Below are positions 1 to 12,966 of a stretch of DNA of 64,000 bases, piece by piece; position 1 is the stretch's first letter; every line of letters starts with the position of its first letter. The DNA comes from Azolla caroliniana (lineage: Eukaryota > Plantae > Polypodiophyta): the NCBI GenBank assembly GCA_043228905.1, contig JBHGNT010000001.1:25482001-25546000 (forward strand), read 5' to 3'. A program made the translations under genes and the position numbers. Below the pieces are notes generated by a model that was not told the origin of the DNA, made no database searches, and was given only the letters and a program-made list of their open reading frames with translations.

Positions 1-308
1 TTTTATTTGGGCATCAAGCAGTTGAGTTGGTAAAAATGATCTATGTCTATGTATAAAGCTCTTTCCATGCTGAAACCTTGAATCCCACAGAATAAGTGTG
101 CAAAACATGTTTAGAACCTCATTAACGTTGTTCCATTTAATTCAGATGCATGTATGTAGTTTGAATGATAATGCCGTACATATGGCAATGTTTGGCCAGG
201 CAGATCTCCAATCACTACATGAAGAATCATTGTCTTTGTTAAGTGATAATGGTTTATAATTCACATTTCCTCGCCAGACCTTCATGTCAATCCTTGTCAA
301 AGATTGGT

Positions 309-459
309 GCAGTTGGATTTCTTCCATAGAATAGAAAGGGAATAGGCTTACGGCTGCCTAGTTAGAGCATAGCCTGCAGAGGTTGGAGCAGTTGGACTTC
401 TTCCATAGAATAGAAATGGAATAGGCTTATGACTGCCTAGTTAGTGCTTATCCTGCATA
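309..459. repeat. Two degenerate tandem copies of a ~79-bp unit (lpxB intron)
   Basis: gcagttgga(t/c)ttcttccatagaatagaaa..ggaataggctta.g.ctgcctagttag occurs twice. Confidence 0.8.
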
Positions 460-1380
460 GTTCCAAGGAATGGTTATTTCCCCCCTCAAATTGTGTAACC
501 CATTTTTGCTCTTTTTCCTAGAAATAAACGGTGTTTGTATTATATTTCTATATTTTACTAATATGAAAACATGTGCTTTCTATTTCTTCACTTTTGGAAA
601 ACTCAAACGCATTCCTTTTCTTCCCCTCATTCCTAATTTATTCATAACTATCGGCTTGCCAGTTTGAACTACAATCTACACTTTTTAAAGACTGAATCTC
701 ACATATGGAGCCACATCTGGTAACCGTGAATCACATCAACAGGGAGAAGGTGAAGGAAGTATATGTTATTCCCTTCCAAGAAGATTAAAATTTATACAGT
801 GTTCTACAAGACTTGACAGACTCATACCATGATGTCATTTCTCACATTACAACAGCGTTGAGATTGTCATTACGAGAATCGAGTGTTTTTATACCTTGAG
901 AGCGGCTCCTCATCTTTGTCACCCGAGTTCGAGATTACGGCCATATTTGTTTTAGCTCCAATACTGCATTTGCTCTTCTAACCTAAGTGGCCTATGCTAC
1001 CTAGGATAGTCCCATGACTGATTTTTATATGGTTTGCTAGTGAGATATATGCATATGAATATAAATCTATGTACACATTCTGCACATCATGATGACTGCA
1101 TTGAAACTGCCACTACAAGTCCTGAGCGTTATTGCACCCAGAGAGAGACCCCTTATCTTCATCATCAGACTTTACGTCCACATGCTTAATGTACAGTGTA
1201 GACTGGATGGCTATGGCATATCTACTCAAATCATCAATGCTCTCATGTAGACGACTTTTAAAATTGCAACCATGGATAAAAATAAAATGTAATGCCACTG
1301 TTGCCTAATTAGTAAGTTTACTTTGTGAATATTATAAATTGCTTTCATTACTGGATAGCTAAAACTGATCAATGGCTTAC

Positions 1381-1604
1381 CAAAGGATCAAAAAAGGCAT
1401 CTTCAAGAACAGGGTGTCCCACAAATGTTGCTGATAGACCATTGGCTCTGCAAATTATCTCCTCAAAAGGAAGGATACAAAGCATGTGGTCAACAACATC
1501 AATCCACTTTTTTAACCTTTTTTCCCCTTCCTTCCATGCCCACACTGATGGAGCAACATAAAGAACATTCAAAGGTGACCTCCGCTGAAGCTTGATACAG
1601 TTTT
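1381..1604 (-). CDS. lpxB: LpxB exon 4 (further exons not found in the window; the gene presumably continues left of position 1)
   Basis: TTTTAG acceptor; YVAPSVWAWK...LCILPFE...ATFVGHP LpxB motifs; GTAAGC donor at 1380. Confidence 0.9.
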
Positions 1605-1719
1605 CTAAAAGCAAGAAGACATCTATCATCAGCTCCTGCAAACTCAATATGCATACATCAGAAAAATGACAAGATCCTGAATTTTGCGCTATTCCTCCGT
1701 AACTTTATTTTCTTGTTAC

Positions 1720-1825
1720 CTTTCAACTGTTTGAGTACACGGAAAGAAAATCCTTTTGAATCAACAGCAATAACAATATGAGGCTGGAAAGCTAAAGCTG
1801 CCATCACTGTTTGATGTAAGCGTGC
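1720..1825 (-). CDS. lpxB: LpxB exon 3
   Basis: TACAG acceptor; hand translation gives ARLHQTVMAALAFQPHIVIAVDSKGFSFRVLKQLK (plant LpxB VDSKGFSFR motif); GTAAC donor at 1719. Confidence 0.9.
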
Positions 1826-1898
1826 CTGTACCATATGGCCTACTATAATTAGGCATCTGTATAAAATTTAGCACAGAAACTAGATTTGGTAATAATAC

Positions 1899-1998
1899 CT
1901 TCAATCTGAATATGTAAGGAAACAGCTCTATTGCACCCATAACTGCAAGATCATCCATCAAAAACTCGGATACAAGCCCCTGTTTTTCCATTAAAGCG
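1899..1998 (-). CDS. lpxB: LpxB exon 2
   Basis: AG acceptor at 2000-1999; (G)ALMEKQGLVSEFLMDDLAVMGAIELFPYIFRLK; GT donor at 1898; frame continues from exon 1. Confidence 0.9.
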
Positions 1999-2242
1999 CT
2001 GAATAAAGCTTAGTGTTAGATTGAAAATTATACACAGATTATATCTGTCAAAGGAAAAGGCATCTGAATTCAGTGTCTGACAAGTTAAAAGGTTTATGCC
2101 ATAAAGAAATCTAGAATAAATACACGGACAAGTTGATGAAGATCAATTTCTTATATAGAAGACGCACAGATTTCAATTTCTCTGTGCCATGATCAACACA
2201 ATTACTCTCGTGACATGGCTGTCAAAATTCAGCAGCATAAAG

Positions 2243-2439
2243 TTTGAAGAGAAATGCAATAAAAACAAACTAGAACTAATGCAATGAACAAAGATGAAGA
2301 GCAACAAGTGTCCTATCATTTAAGTTGGTAAGGGCACTTGCTGCACAAGAAAAATGATTGTGCTTCTACACGAGAATTTGCTCTTCATCTTTGTCCATTG
2401 CCGTAGTGCTAGTTTGTTTTTATGGTATTTCACTTCAAA
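2243..2439. repeat. Inverted repeat/hairpin with ~62-bp arms and small inner stem-loops (lpxB intron 1)
   Basis: tttgaagagaaatgcaataaaaacaaactagaactaatgcaatgaacaaagatgaagagcaa pairs with ttgctcttcatctttgtccattgccgtagtgctagtttgtttttatggtatttcacttcaaa. Confidence 0.85.
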
Positions 2440-2908
2440 TCTCTAGGACTCAAATGATTAGATCAGCCGGAAAATTAGATCATAAATGCTAATGAGTTCA
2501 GCAAAGACTAATGTAGCCATACCCACTAAAGAATTTGGCTTCCACAGCATTTTCATCTTGCAGATAGAAAGATCGTGTGATCTATCTATTATGAACTTGA
2601 AATTTTCTAGAAACATCAACTCAATGCATAAAACCCTCAGCTATATGCGCAAAAAAAGGATACAGTGAAACCAGCTGTACGATTTTGAGGGTGATGATTA
2701 ACTAAATTAAACTTGATCAGCTTTAACCCACTTCATCGTAATTGTAGAATACTTGAAAAAAAGAGAGTGATCGTTGAGAGGCTTCAACAACACACAATAA
2801 TTGGCCTCAAATCTTGGCATCCCTAGGTATTTCTTGACATTATTCCAGCAAAATGAGAAAATCAAACTTATCTGAATGTCAGTTTGTCCCTCTTTGGCAA
2901 GTTAAACC

Positions 2909-3544
2909 TCTAATTCTCAGAATCCATAATTAAAACTGTGGAACACTGAAATCCTAATTTTTAGAAACATTAAATTCTGTGAAGCAGTGGATAGCCTACG
3001 AAAACCATAATTTTTTAGGAATTGGGACCACCATAAGGGAATCAAGAGTTTCCTTTTTCACAAGAAAAGTAATGTCACACGACTTGCAGTTCTTGTGAGG
3101 AATTGTTTACATGATTATTGCTAGAATTAAGGCAATTCTATGTGCAAGGATTAATCATTCTGACAGCTGGCTTGTGTAAGCATGGCCACACATGTGGAAT
3201 AAATGACTAAGGATCATGCATCCTTCTAATTCTCAGAATCCATAATTAAAACTGTGGAACACTGAAATCCTAATTTTTAGAAACATTAAATTCTGTGAAG
3301 CAGTGGATAGCCTACGCAAACCATAATTTTTTAGGAATTGGAGCCACCATAAGGGAATCAAGAGTTTCCTTTTTCACAAGAAAAGTAATGTCACACGACT
3401 TGCAGTTCTTGTGAGGAATTGGTTACATGATTATTGCTAGAATTAAGGCAATTCTATGTGCAAGGATTAATCATTCTGACAGCTGGCTTGTGTAAGCATG
3501 GCCACACAGGTGGAATAAATGACTAAGGATCATGTATCCTTCTA
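2909..3544. repeat. 316-bp near-identical head-to-tail duplication (lpxB intron 1)
   Basis: Units start at 2909 and 3225 (tctaattctcagaatccataatt...); TCTA microhomology at the junctions. Confidence 0.95.
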
Positions 3545-5370
3545 GGTTTGTTTTGCATGCTCCTCTCTCATTCTATCCTTCCTCCCTATCCCTCCTTTAT
3601 TTCTGCTATTTATGAATCCGTTCTCCTTCTTCTCACCAGTGTGATGACCATAGATTCACTACAATCAGCAATTCTTCTACTGCTATTAACTTTTCTCATC
3701 TTCTTGCTTCTTGTACATCTCTTCTTGCTCTTATTTCTCTGATACTTTTCTATATGAATCCTCTCTCCTTCCTTTTGATCCATGTTACCCATAGGGTTTC
3801 TTGCAATTATGCATGTGATGAATTTTTTGAAGAATCAAGGTACAATTGATAATGCATTGAAAGGTGAAGAAAACAAAATTACACCGTAACCAAAAAGGAA
3901 TTTCGATAAAGAGAACTTGCCCTACAAGCATATGCTACAAAACTGCAACTCACTTGTATTTCCTCTGGGATGCTGCCATGACCAATCAATACAAGAGTAC
4001 CATTTCTTTATTGATAATTAATGGAAGACGAAATAATAAGAAGCAGTCCACAACTTAAGCCTATTTCCACCACGAAAAGCCGCATTTACAGCTTCTAAGG
4101 TATGTTCCAATGAGCACACTAGGAAAAAAGAAAGCAAATAAACTATGATTCGTACGGATTTTGACACTCTAAAATTACTTCCATCCTCTCTAAAACGGAG
4201 TTCTGATTTCTATGTTAAAAGAATGTCTTCTTGAATAAGAAAGCCATGTTCATGACCATGAACTCTTCAAAAAGCCCAGTCACTTTTAGCTTTTAAGTGA
4301 CTTTATGTAGACCTAACCTAAAGTGACTTGCAAGGTAAATGTTTATGATTGGATGCATACACTTCCAAAGATATCAGAAGCCAATACTAATTGGACCAAC
4401 TACATGTCAATCATGGAGACTGCCAATTATAGCTCTTACTATCAAAGGGCCATTGGCCCTCAGCTGTTCACATTGATCATGTGATTTCGTACTACCTGAT
4501 TTCAAGAACTTGGGGAGAAAGTAAATAAAACCTCCCATCTGACAACTGAACTTTTTGAACACTATATATAGCATGTAACTATAGAGCTTGATGTTTCCCT
4601 AACTCAGTCCTAACAAACCAGAATTTTTCCCTTGTATTAAGCAATCACTCTGTTGTGTGAAATCATCAACCAACCTAAGACGTGTCTATAATGTGAACTT
4701 CAAGGTAGCAAAAGGCTGAGGAGTGGGGCAATCAAAAGTGCATTGCAATCCATGGATTTGAACACTGGGTAGAAGTCAGCATAAAGGCGGGAAGGAATGT
4801 GGCAAGAGGGGTTAATGTTGACACAGAATGCTTCTGGAATTAATCCCAAATCATTTCTTTGTACAGAGTGTTGTCTTTAATATGAAATGACTGACCATAA
4901 ACCTAACATAATAGCAATTTGTAACTGCTTCTAACGAGAATATTAGGAGACTTCCTGGTATACAAACATTCAGATCTCCCATGTTTTGGCCCTAACCAGT
5001 GTAGAACTCTTGCCATGACTCTAGCATTAGTCTATAACAGACATTTATGTCGAAAACAAATTCTTTTAAATGATCCAAACTCTTTGCATGTAATGCTATG
5101 CCTAGAAACAGACGAATGTTCGAAACTCATGTTAGGAAAGGTTCACTTATGTGATGACACGGTACTACGAGATTAGGAAGAGCCATATCATTGCTTGGTT
5201 ATGCAAAAACACTCTGAAAAAGCATTGAGCTTGTGTGGAGGAGCTGAATCCGACCCCTACATTTACCAAAGTAATACCATCCCAAAATGGTTATGTGACC
5301 CGACAAATTCATCCATTGTAAATTTTCCATGAATTTATCGATCGATCAAACGATGGTGATGGATGCTTAC

Positions 5371-5630
5371 CCTCCGATGCCACAAAACTTCAACGATCGA
5401 TGGTGCAGCAAAGTCTTGAGAGAGTCCATGAGACGTGCCCCAATCACATCGCCGGAGGGTTCTCCCGCGATGAGGAATATACGAATCTCTGTATCCGTGG
5501 AGATGAATCGTCTTCTTCCCCGTTGTCCTGTTGATGGAGGAGGAGGAGGAGGAGGAGGTGGCGGTGTTATTGCTGAGGTTGTCCACGAAGAAGCTCGCCA
5601 GAGCCGCCTACACCATGCTCTTGCCCACAT
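5371..5630 (-). CDS. lpxB: Lipid-A-disaccharide synthase (LpxB, GT19), exon 1 with putative mitochondrial transit peptide
   Basis: ATG at 5630; MWARAWCRRLWRASS (Arg/Ser-rich leader), a poly-Pro tract, then the LpxB N-terminal motif IFLIAGEPSGDVIGARLM...FCGIGG; GT donor (GTAAGC) at 5370, phase 2. Confidence 0.9.
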
Positions 5631-7455
5631 ACTACTCTCAGTCTCAGTCTCTGTCTCTGTCTCTCTCTTTCTCTCTGTTCTCTGTGTGGCCCACCTTTGA
5701 CCACAACATAACATTGAGGAACTGTAAGGAGGAAGGTTATTCAGCTCAATGGCTATGGCTATGGCTATGGTATCCCAAGAACTAAAGGAAACACTTCCCG
5801 GGGGGGTATTCTCGCACTTCTTCGTTCCGAGATATGGGCAATCCGCTCTGGAATAATGGCTTTTGCATCGCTACATGTAGCCTTTCGGGCAATTAGTGAA
5901 AGTAACCCTCCCGTTGTAAAGAACAGTGGTTTACCCCCACAACTTCGGCTTTACTTACGGCATTATGATTGGAGTAGTAGGAATCCCAAAATCGATTGTG
6001 CGTCATCTGCATCGATTGTCCCTATTTGCCCATTCACACTCTCGACAATGTTCAAATGTCTCAAGTCTACATCAAATGTGATTACTGCATCATAAAGATG
6101 TGGTGTGGACATCTCCTCTCAAACTAGGTTTCCACTTGTAAAAGTTCCACTAAAATGTCTACAAAGTCAATTTCACTAAAAGGGAGCATCTTATAGGACC
6201 AAGTTATAATATGAACCCATTAATTAAAAGCTTTGGTGATTCCATTTGAACTCAACGCAACAATTTATCCCTTAAATCATTTTCTTTCTGAGTTTTATGA
6301 CTTCAATATGAACTAAACGTAGTAAGTTATAAGGGTTCGGTTATATAATTCTTTAAGCATTATGCAGTTAACAAGGTGGGGACCGACCAGGGTTCATGTA
6401 ACTTTGTTATGGTATGACTTCATTATACAAAAAACAAAACAAAACAATGCTTGGTGTGTCAAAGCCTGAAGTCAAAAACAAGAATGAATTTGATAAGGAA
6501 ATTACGAAAAAGGAAATTTTTATTATATACATAAAGAACAAGAGCTACAAGTTTACCCCAGAACTAGGTTTGAATTGAAATAGTCACAACCTTATTATAG
6601 CTTCTCTATATATATAATATCCCTTAACGTATGCATGGTCGCAATCTACCATCATGGCATGCTTAGTATGTCACATCAATGCATACACAATGCTTGGCTA
6701 GCATTCATGTTTTCCATACACAAGTAAACCTATATGAGAGAACTCAAAGTGGTGAACTCGAATTCTATTCTAGCCAGCTCACGACAACAGTTCTATCGTG
6801 TAGAGCTTGGCATGATTTAACACAAGTTCTATCGTGCAAAGCTTCTACACAAGGCTTGGGAGAGAGAAAAGTGTGTGCAACAAACTTGCTACTCAAAAGT
6901 GGCACCTATTAATCATGATCAGCATTGTTGCATACGAGCATTGTTAGAATAGAATAAAATAGAAAATTTATTGTCCATGATGAGGCCAATTTTGACCAAC
7001 AGGACCAAATGAACATATTATCATTTTGCATGTGACTCCTTCTCTATAGTAAAAACTCTCTATGTGAAAATAATGCATGTACATATGTGCTCACCCTTAT
7101 TGGTGGACATTTTAATATGATATATTACATTATCATGGTTATCTCACAAGTCATCTTATTTCTCGTGAATTACCTTAATGCACCAATCATGTGATAAGTG
7201 AGTGATATTCATCCTCCACTAGGTTTTGATTGCATACCTTGCAAATTTGCTTATTTGGGTTACAAAAATTTGCATACGGTTAAGAACAAGATTAAGGCTA
7301 ATCACATTAGATTAACACAATGAAACCTTGATTAAGACCAAACCACAAGTTTTTAGCAAGAAAATCTCATTCTTATCTTAGAGTTTATAATAGGTTTACA
7401 TAATAATGGTTACAAAAATGGACGTCAAGGTGACTACAAACGAAATTAAGAATGA

Positions 7456-8500
7456 TGTCGTTTAAGTTTTCGATGGGGACTCAACTTTTATGGTGTCAAT
7501 GAGGCTTCTCCTACGAACAATGGCAACACCACCCTTTTGTTGATGTAATATCCTTGTATCACTTCGAGCTCCCCGCCTCGATCAATAGCCGAAGTATGCT
7601 TCTTCCTTTATTACTTTTTTTTAGTAACACTTTTATTACTAGTGGGAAACCTCAAAGTGAGGTGAAAACCCACAAAGAATAAAGTGAAATGTACAAGTGT
7701 TGATTAGACACTAAAGAGCTTAAAAGCACTCAAAGTAAAGATTGTAAATTTGCAGTGTGATGTCTCTAAGTTGCAAACAATCAAATAGAGATTGCCTGAG
7801 GGATTGCTTAAAGAAGCTAACTTCATGTTGTTATTTTCCATCAAAGAATTTATTATTGTGGGTTGTCCAAATGGTCCAGAGTGCCCAAAATCATGTCTAT
7901 TGGAGAAAATAGGCATTGTTGGATAGGGCGCACGGAATTTGTCCAAATATCCAAAAGTGTTTGCCAAACCTTCTGCCAGGAAATTTGTGATAAAGAGATG
8001 CACTTAGTCTTTGTACAAATGTTGTAGTGAATGAGTATCACGAACAGGTGGAATGAGGCTAAGTACTAAGAGAGAGCGAGAGCATAAGCAAGATCACAAT
8101 ATTTTCAAGGACAAGTAGACGAGGCTCAATATTAAGAGATAGCGGGGGAGAGAGCATAGACAAGAGAACAATCAAGAGAGAGGATAGACAAATAAACAAG
8201 AACTGTATATGCTTTCGTAACTGGTGTTGTTCACTTTGATTGTAATCAAGGTGCGCCCCAGTATTTATACAAGAATGTGGAGGTATGCATGAAAGCTAGA
8301 AGACTTCTAGAGAGAGCATGAAGATGCATTCTCTAAAAGATTCTTGAAAGTTCTAGTGATCAATCTATAATGAAATAAGTTGAGTCTTACACAATACAAT
8401 AATGCATAGATGGATGTAGCTCAATTGGTAAGGTTGCCCAATAAGACCAGAAGGCCATGGGTTCAACCCCACCATTCCATGTGGCATCCTGTCTATGACA
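7456..8500 (-). mobile_element. Solo LTR (element G; TGTC...GACA ends, 4-bp TSD ATGA) inserted in a LINE relic
   Basis: atga|TGTCG at 7452-7460 and ATGACA|atga at 8495-8504; minus-strand TATAAATA at 8269-8262; the LINE zf-RVT reading frame breaks exactly at 8500. Confidence 0.7.
8411..8479 (+). other. tRNA-like Pol III A-box/B-box cassette inside solo LTR G (not a functional tRNA)
   Basis: A box TAGCTCAATTGG at 8417-8428, B box GTTCAACCCC at 8461-8470; imperfect acceptor-like pairing tggatg/cattcca; no clean anticodon arm. Confidence 0.6.
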
Positions 8501-9420
8501 ATGACCAAGTCCATAATAAGTGTGGAACCGTTTCCAATCGTCCACCACATCTTGCACAATGCAGTGAGGCTATCGATCTCTTTTGAAGATTCGACCCAGT
8601 CGGGAGCACACCCAATAGGCATCTCCATAGGCATACCCGTTGCTTAACTGGAATATCAGAGCTCCATAAGCTTGTAAGCTTGTTTTTCCACCAAGATTGC
8701 GTTTTGTGTAGGTTCCATGATGCATTTGCATGTTTGTGAAACCATGGAACAGGTTGCAACAACATATACACCGAATGTGTTGTAATGTTATGCATTGGAA
8801 TAACAATGTTCCCTTTTTGTAACATCCAATCCTGAATCCTACGATCTCCATCAAGAGGTGGCACAAATACTAAGGGAAGTATCAACTTTGTGACTTGATT
8901 CCAGATAACACAATGATGTGGTCCAAGACTATAACGACATGTCATGTCATTGAAGTGCAATAAGTGACCTTGGTCATTTACCACATATGCAATTGATTTC
9001 AGCCCCTTCTTTGCAAAAAAATAGCCTTTCCTAGGCTCTTGTTCAGCTAGTGACTGTGAGAATATAACACTCCAGTGTAAGCTTTCGAGGCGTAAAGAAT
9101 TCCCTTATTTTGAATTCCTACCTCTCCATTTTATGTGTTGTAATACTTCCTTCCAATGCTTTAGAAGCTTTGAGCTAAACGGACAACCTTTGATGTGCCC
9201 GTCAAACTTTCCAAACACTACATCCCAATGATTAGTATCCCATGAGCCAAATGACTTGGTTTTCAAATGATCAAACATATCAGATAGCATTCATGCCCAA
9301 GGCAATGTTTGTTCAACAAATTTTGGCAATAAAGTAGTTTTTTTAGCCAACATATGCAAATACAAATTAAGAATATTTAGCACTCCACTCAATCATGGAG
9401 TGCAAATATGAATCCAAATC
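8501..9420 (-). mobile_element. Degenerate LINE ORF2 C-terminal relic (zf-RVT region)
   Basis: LWSSDIPVKQRVCLWRCLLGVLPTG...CARCGGRLETVPHLLWTW is homologous to the C-terminus of the LINE at 58512-58916; fragmented by stops. Confidence 0.8.
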
Positions 9421-9424
9421 GGGA

Positions 9425-11368
9425 TGATTTGGACTACCAGCTCAATCAAGACAAATTAAACAATAGATGAAACCACAAGACGAAAAATGACAGTACACCA
9501 AAATTTTATCGTGGAAAACTCAAAATAGGGAAAAAAAACCACGGGAACCGTAGGTTCCAAATAACTTCACTATAATTTGGAGTACAATGAAATACAACCT
9601 CACTATAGGGGTATATCTACCTCAAGGCAATGGCCTTCGTTACAACCTTCACCCAATCGAGTGGATAGAATAACAAGGATTACAAACTGCATACAACCTC
9701 TCTAGGTTTTGACTAGAGGAATGTATAAACCTCAAGGCAACAACCTTGGCTACAATCGTCACCCAACGGGTAGATAAACCAACAACAATAAGCACAAGGA
9801 ATGTGCTAGTCTCTCTAGGTTTTTGTTTAGGGGAAATATATTAGCTTCAAGGCACCTCGCCCGATTGAGTGGATAAACCAAAGAAAATAACCTTACAATT
9901 CTTCACCCAACTGGGTGGATAGAAAAACTAGCAAAATAGGAAACAAGAAAACAACCATGAAACAAAGTAACCTGATGCGAGTAGACAAGAGAGGTGTTGC
10001 ACAGTCGTGGTTCTCTGTCAACACGACCAACTCCTCACAGGTCTCTATCTCCTCCACTTCATAGAACGCTCTTCCTCTTGTTCTTTTTCGTTTTTTGTTT
10101 TCTTCTCTATTTTCTGTTTTTCTCTCTGTGTTCTCTCTTTCACTCGGTGTCTCAATCTCCGAGTTCTATATCGCTTCTTTTTCAGTGCTCTCTTTCGTTT
10201 CTTATCTACTGTTTTTCTGCTCTCTATCACGTTGTTTTGTGTCTAGTCCTCTTCCTTCAGCCTTGTAGAGTAGCGTCTCTTTTCGTATCTGTTTTCACAC
10301 CTAAACATATAGGAAAGACACACCAAAACAACATAATAAAACATACATACATACATGTCCACACGTATGTGTATATATTTGTAAATAGGTATATGTTAAT
10401 ATACTTAATTATATCTTTTTCTCTTTTTAGCCCAATCGGCACCCAACCAATTCGGCGCTTAGCCTGTAGGTGGTTGTCAGCCATCTCTCGACTTCTTGTC
10501 GATTCTCAGCCAGCTCTAAGTAGGCTCTTCGACCTCAGTCGGTTGTGGGCTCCACTTGAGTGGATGGACCCAACAAAATATTGCAGTAATGAGTGAATGA
10601 GTAATCGACCTTCGAGCATATGCTAATTGTCGTCCAAATAGTTTTTTGTTTCTTAAGTTGAACTTTGAACAAGTGATGATTGCTTCCATGCCTAACTTGG
10701 AATATCTTTGAACTATGCTTTGATTTCTAGTTATTATATCACAATCCATATTTTCTTTGTTGCTTTTTAATTTTCACGATCCATCTTCCATGCCAATTCG
10801 GCACTTAGCCTGTAGGTGGTTGTCAATCGTCTCTCGACTTCTTGTTGATTCTCAGCCAGCTCTAAGTAGGCTCTTTGACCTTAGCCGGTTGTGGGCTCCA
10901 CTTGAGTGGATGAACCCAACACAATATTGCAGTAATGAGTGTATGAGTAATCGACCTTCGAGTATATGCTAATTGTCGTCCAAATATTTTTTTGTTTCTT
11001 AAGTTGAACTGTGAACAAGTGATGATTGCTTCCATGCCTAACTTGGAATGTCTTTGAACTATGCTTTGATTTCTAGTTATTGTATCACAATCCATATTGT
11101 CTTTGTTGCTTTTTAATTTTCATGATCCACTTGGCTACGATTCTTGGCAAGAGGCCTTTGGTTCTGGCCTTCAACCACATGTCCCATGTAAAAGTTAGCA
11201 CTTCATTCAAATCTAGGGAGAACAACTCCTTACATGATACATTGGCTCATGACTCCCAAACTACTCTAAGAAAATATGGTTTTGTCACTGCTTTGATGAT
11301 TTATAATTGATTGTTTATCCTATACCATCTTTGTAACATGCTTTTCCGATAACTTTTACACATCAACA
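9425..11368 (-). mobile_element. Probable LTR-derived sequence with internal repeats (boundaries approximate)
   Basis: The cgtggaaaac...aaaaaccacggg motif resembles, in reverse, that of the solo LTR at 12280-12320; ends ...tcaaca at 11368; degenerate cttcacccaa..ggata repeats at 9600-9920; no TSD found. Confidence 0.4.
10447..11129. repeat. 346-bp tandem duplication
   Basis: Units start at 10447 and 10793 (ccaattcggc.cttagcctgtaggtggttgtca); paired near-identical ORFs 10516-10749 and 10862-11095. Confidence 0.95.
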
Positions 11369-11788
11369 ATGAGTGAGTACTTCACATGTTATAGAGTACT
11401 CAGTAGTTAGGATTAGACAAAATTAGGGGAAAAGTTGTTAGGAGTGGTTAGAAATATTAGTGGGTTGAGTAGTTGAGTCGATGGTTATTGAAGTGTCTTG
11501 TGTGCACGAAGGAGTGGAGGCTATTCTCTCGAAATTAAGGGAATACCCCCCATGTAATACTTTTCCTTAATATCAAAATACCCATTTCTTATTTATATGG
11601 AATACCCCTCTTCACAATTTCCTTCTTCCTTCATTGTCTGTTGCAATATCACCCCTTGCTTCGCTAGAGCACTCTTCACTCAAAAAAAAAAAAATATTTT
11701 CATTTGAGTATGAGATCTTAGTTCCAAATATACAACTCCTTAGACTAACTTTTCTTACACATCCTCATATCCATCTAAGGCCACAAAG

Positions 11789-12113
11789 TGTTGGGAAACA
11801 TGTCCCTCCAGATGGGAAGAGCACGAGTCAAATCAGATGGAGTCAATAGGCAACTCGACCGAGGCTGAAAAATTGAATGTCCGATAATCGAAAGGTAACT
11901 GATTCGGTCGATAGCCAAATCAGCCGAATCCGATTAGGCTATATTTGTAAATATCCTAGATGTGCCCTTAATGTGCTATATTTGTAAATAGCTCATATAG
12001 TGTATATGAATATAAATATAGTTAGGGCAAATAGTTAGGATGTAGAGTTGATCATTATTGTTGTATTGGAGATAGTTTGTTGTTGTCATTGTAAGAGAGA
12101 GAGAGAGAGAGAG

Positions 12114-12169
<56 letters not shown>

Positions 12170-12425
12170 TTGTGACTCTACCGCCGTCTATCAAAAGAAG
12201 GAGAGCCCAAGGTCGTTGCCTTGAAGCTTCTCATTGTACTCCTCCTACCTTAGTCATTATGTTCAGAGTTTGTTGACACCCGTGGTTTTTCCCATTCGGG
12301 GTTTCCACGTTAAAATCGTGTGTCTCTATACTTGTGTCCTCTATCTTGTATGTTTTCTTGTTATTCTCGATCTTTGCACCCACATACATATACGAAACCG
12401 GTTGTGGCCGGGTCGATTCTCGACA
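11789..12425 (+). mobile_element. Solo LTR with perfect 5-bp TSD CAAAG
   Basis: caaag|TGTTGGG...CTCGACA|caaag; contains (GA)n(GT)n(GA)n; shares its 5' end (tgttgggaaaca.gtccctcc.gatgggaag) with the LTR starting at 63762. Confidence 0.9.
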
Positions 12426-12966
12426 CAAAGGTGGTCATCTCTCAAATTATGGCGAATTAGGAATCCGAAGTGATTTGTCGTGCATGCCCAGTTGGCAAGA
12501 TGTGCTTGTCGTCAAATATTTCAATCTTGCATGGAAATCTTAGGAGCCTTAACCACGCCCCCAACTTTTTGTGACCAATGAGATATCACCATGGCAATAT
12601 GATAGGACTTCCTACAAAGCTTAGCTTGTATTGGTTGTGCTTGCACACACAATTGTTTCAAAGGTGGTTAATGACACCTAGGATGTACAAACATGTTTAT
12701 TCTTATTACCCTTCTTTTTAACCCACTAGTGTAATTCAAAACTCTCACACATGACACTTATGGTTTACTCTCACTTAGACTTATTTTTCTGCATTAAATG
12801 TAAACAATTTATCTTTCAAATCTTTCACTTTCACTCCCTTGCACTTACTCTTTTGTCATCTTCATCAATGTTTTACTCACTGATCCTACATTCTTTTCCA
12901 AACTTCACACAATATTTACTCAACCACTCAATATATCTGTGAGCTTTGCATACATAGAATAAATTT

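Noticed and set aside
1381-5630. lpxB as bacterial contamination or recent horizontal transfer
   Set aside because: It has spliceosomal introns and a transit-peptide-like leader, and LpxB is a known land-plant nuclear gene.
6457-7400. Further TGTC-type solo LTR
   Set aside because: A TGTC start and TATA-like tract are present, but no matching GACA end or TSD was found.
8411-8479. Functional tRNA gene
   Set aside because: There is no coherent anticodon stem, the acceptor and T stems are imperfect, and it lies inside a solo LTR; reported only as tRNA-like.
9994-10596. 200-aa hydrophobic ORF
   Set aside because: Low-complexity CT-rich LTR-like sequence running into a tandem duplication; no recognisable domain.
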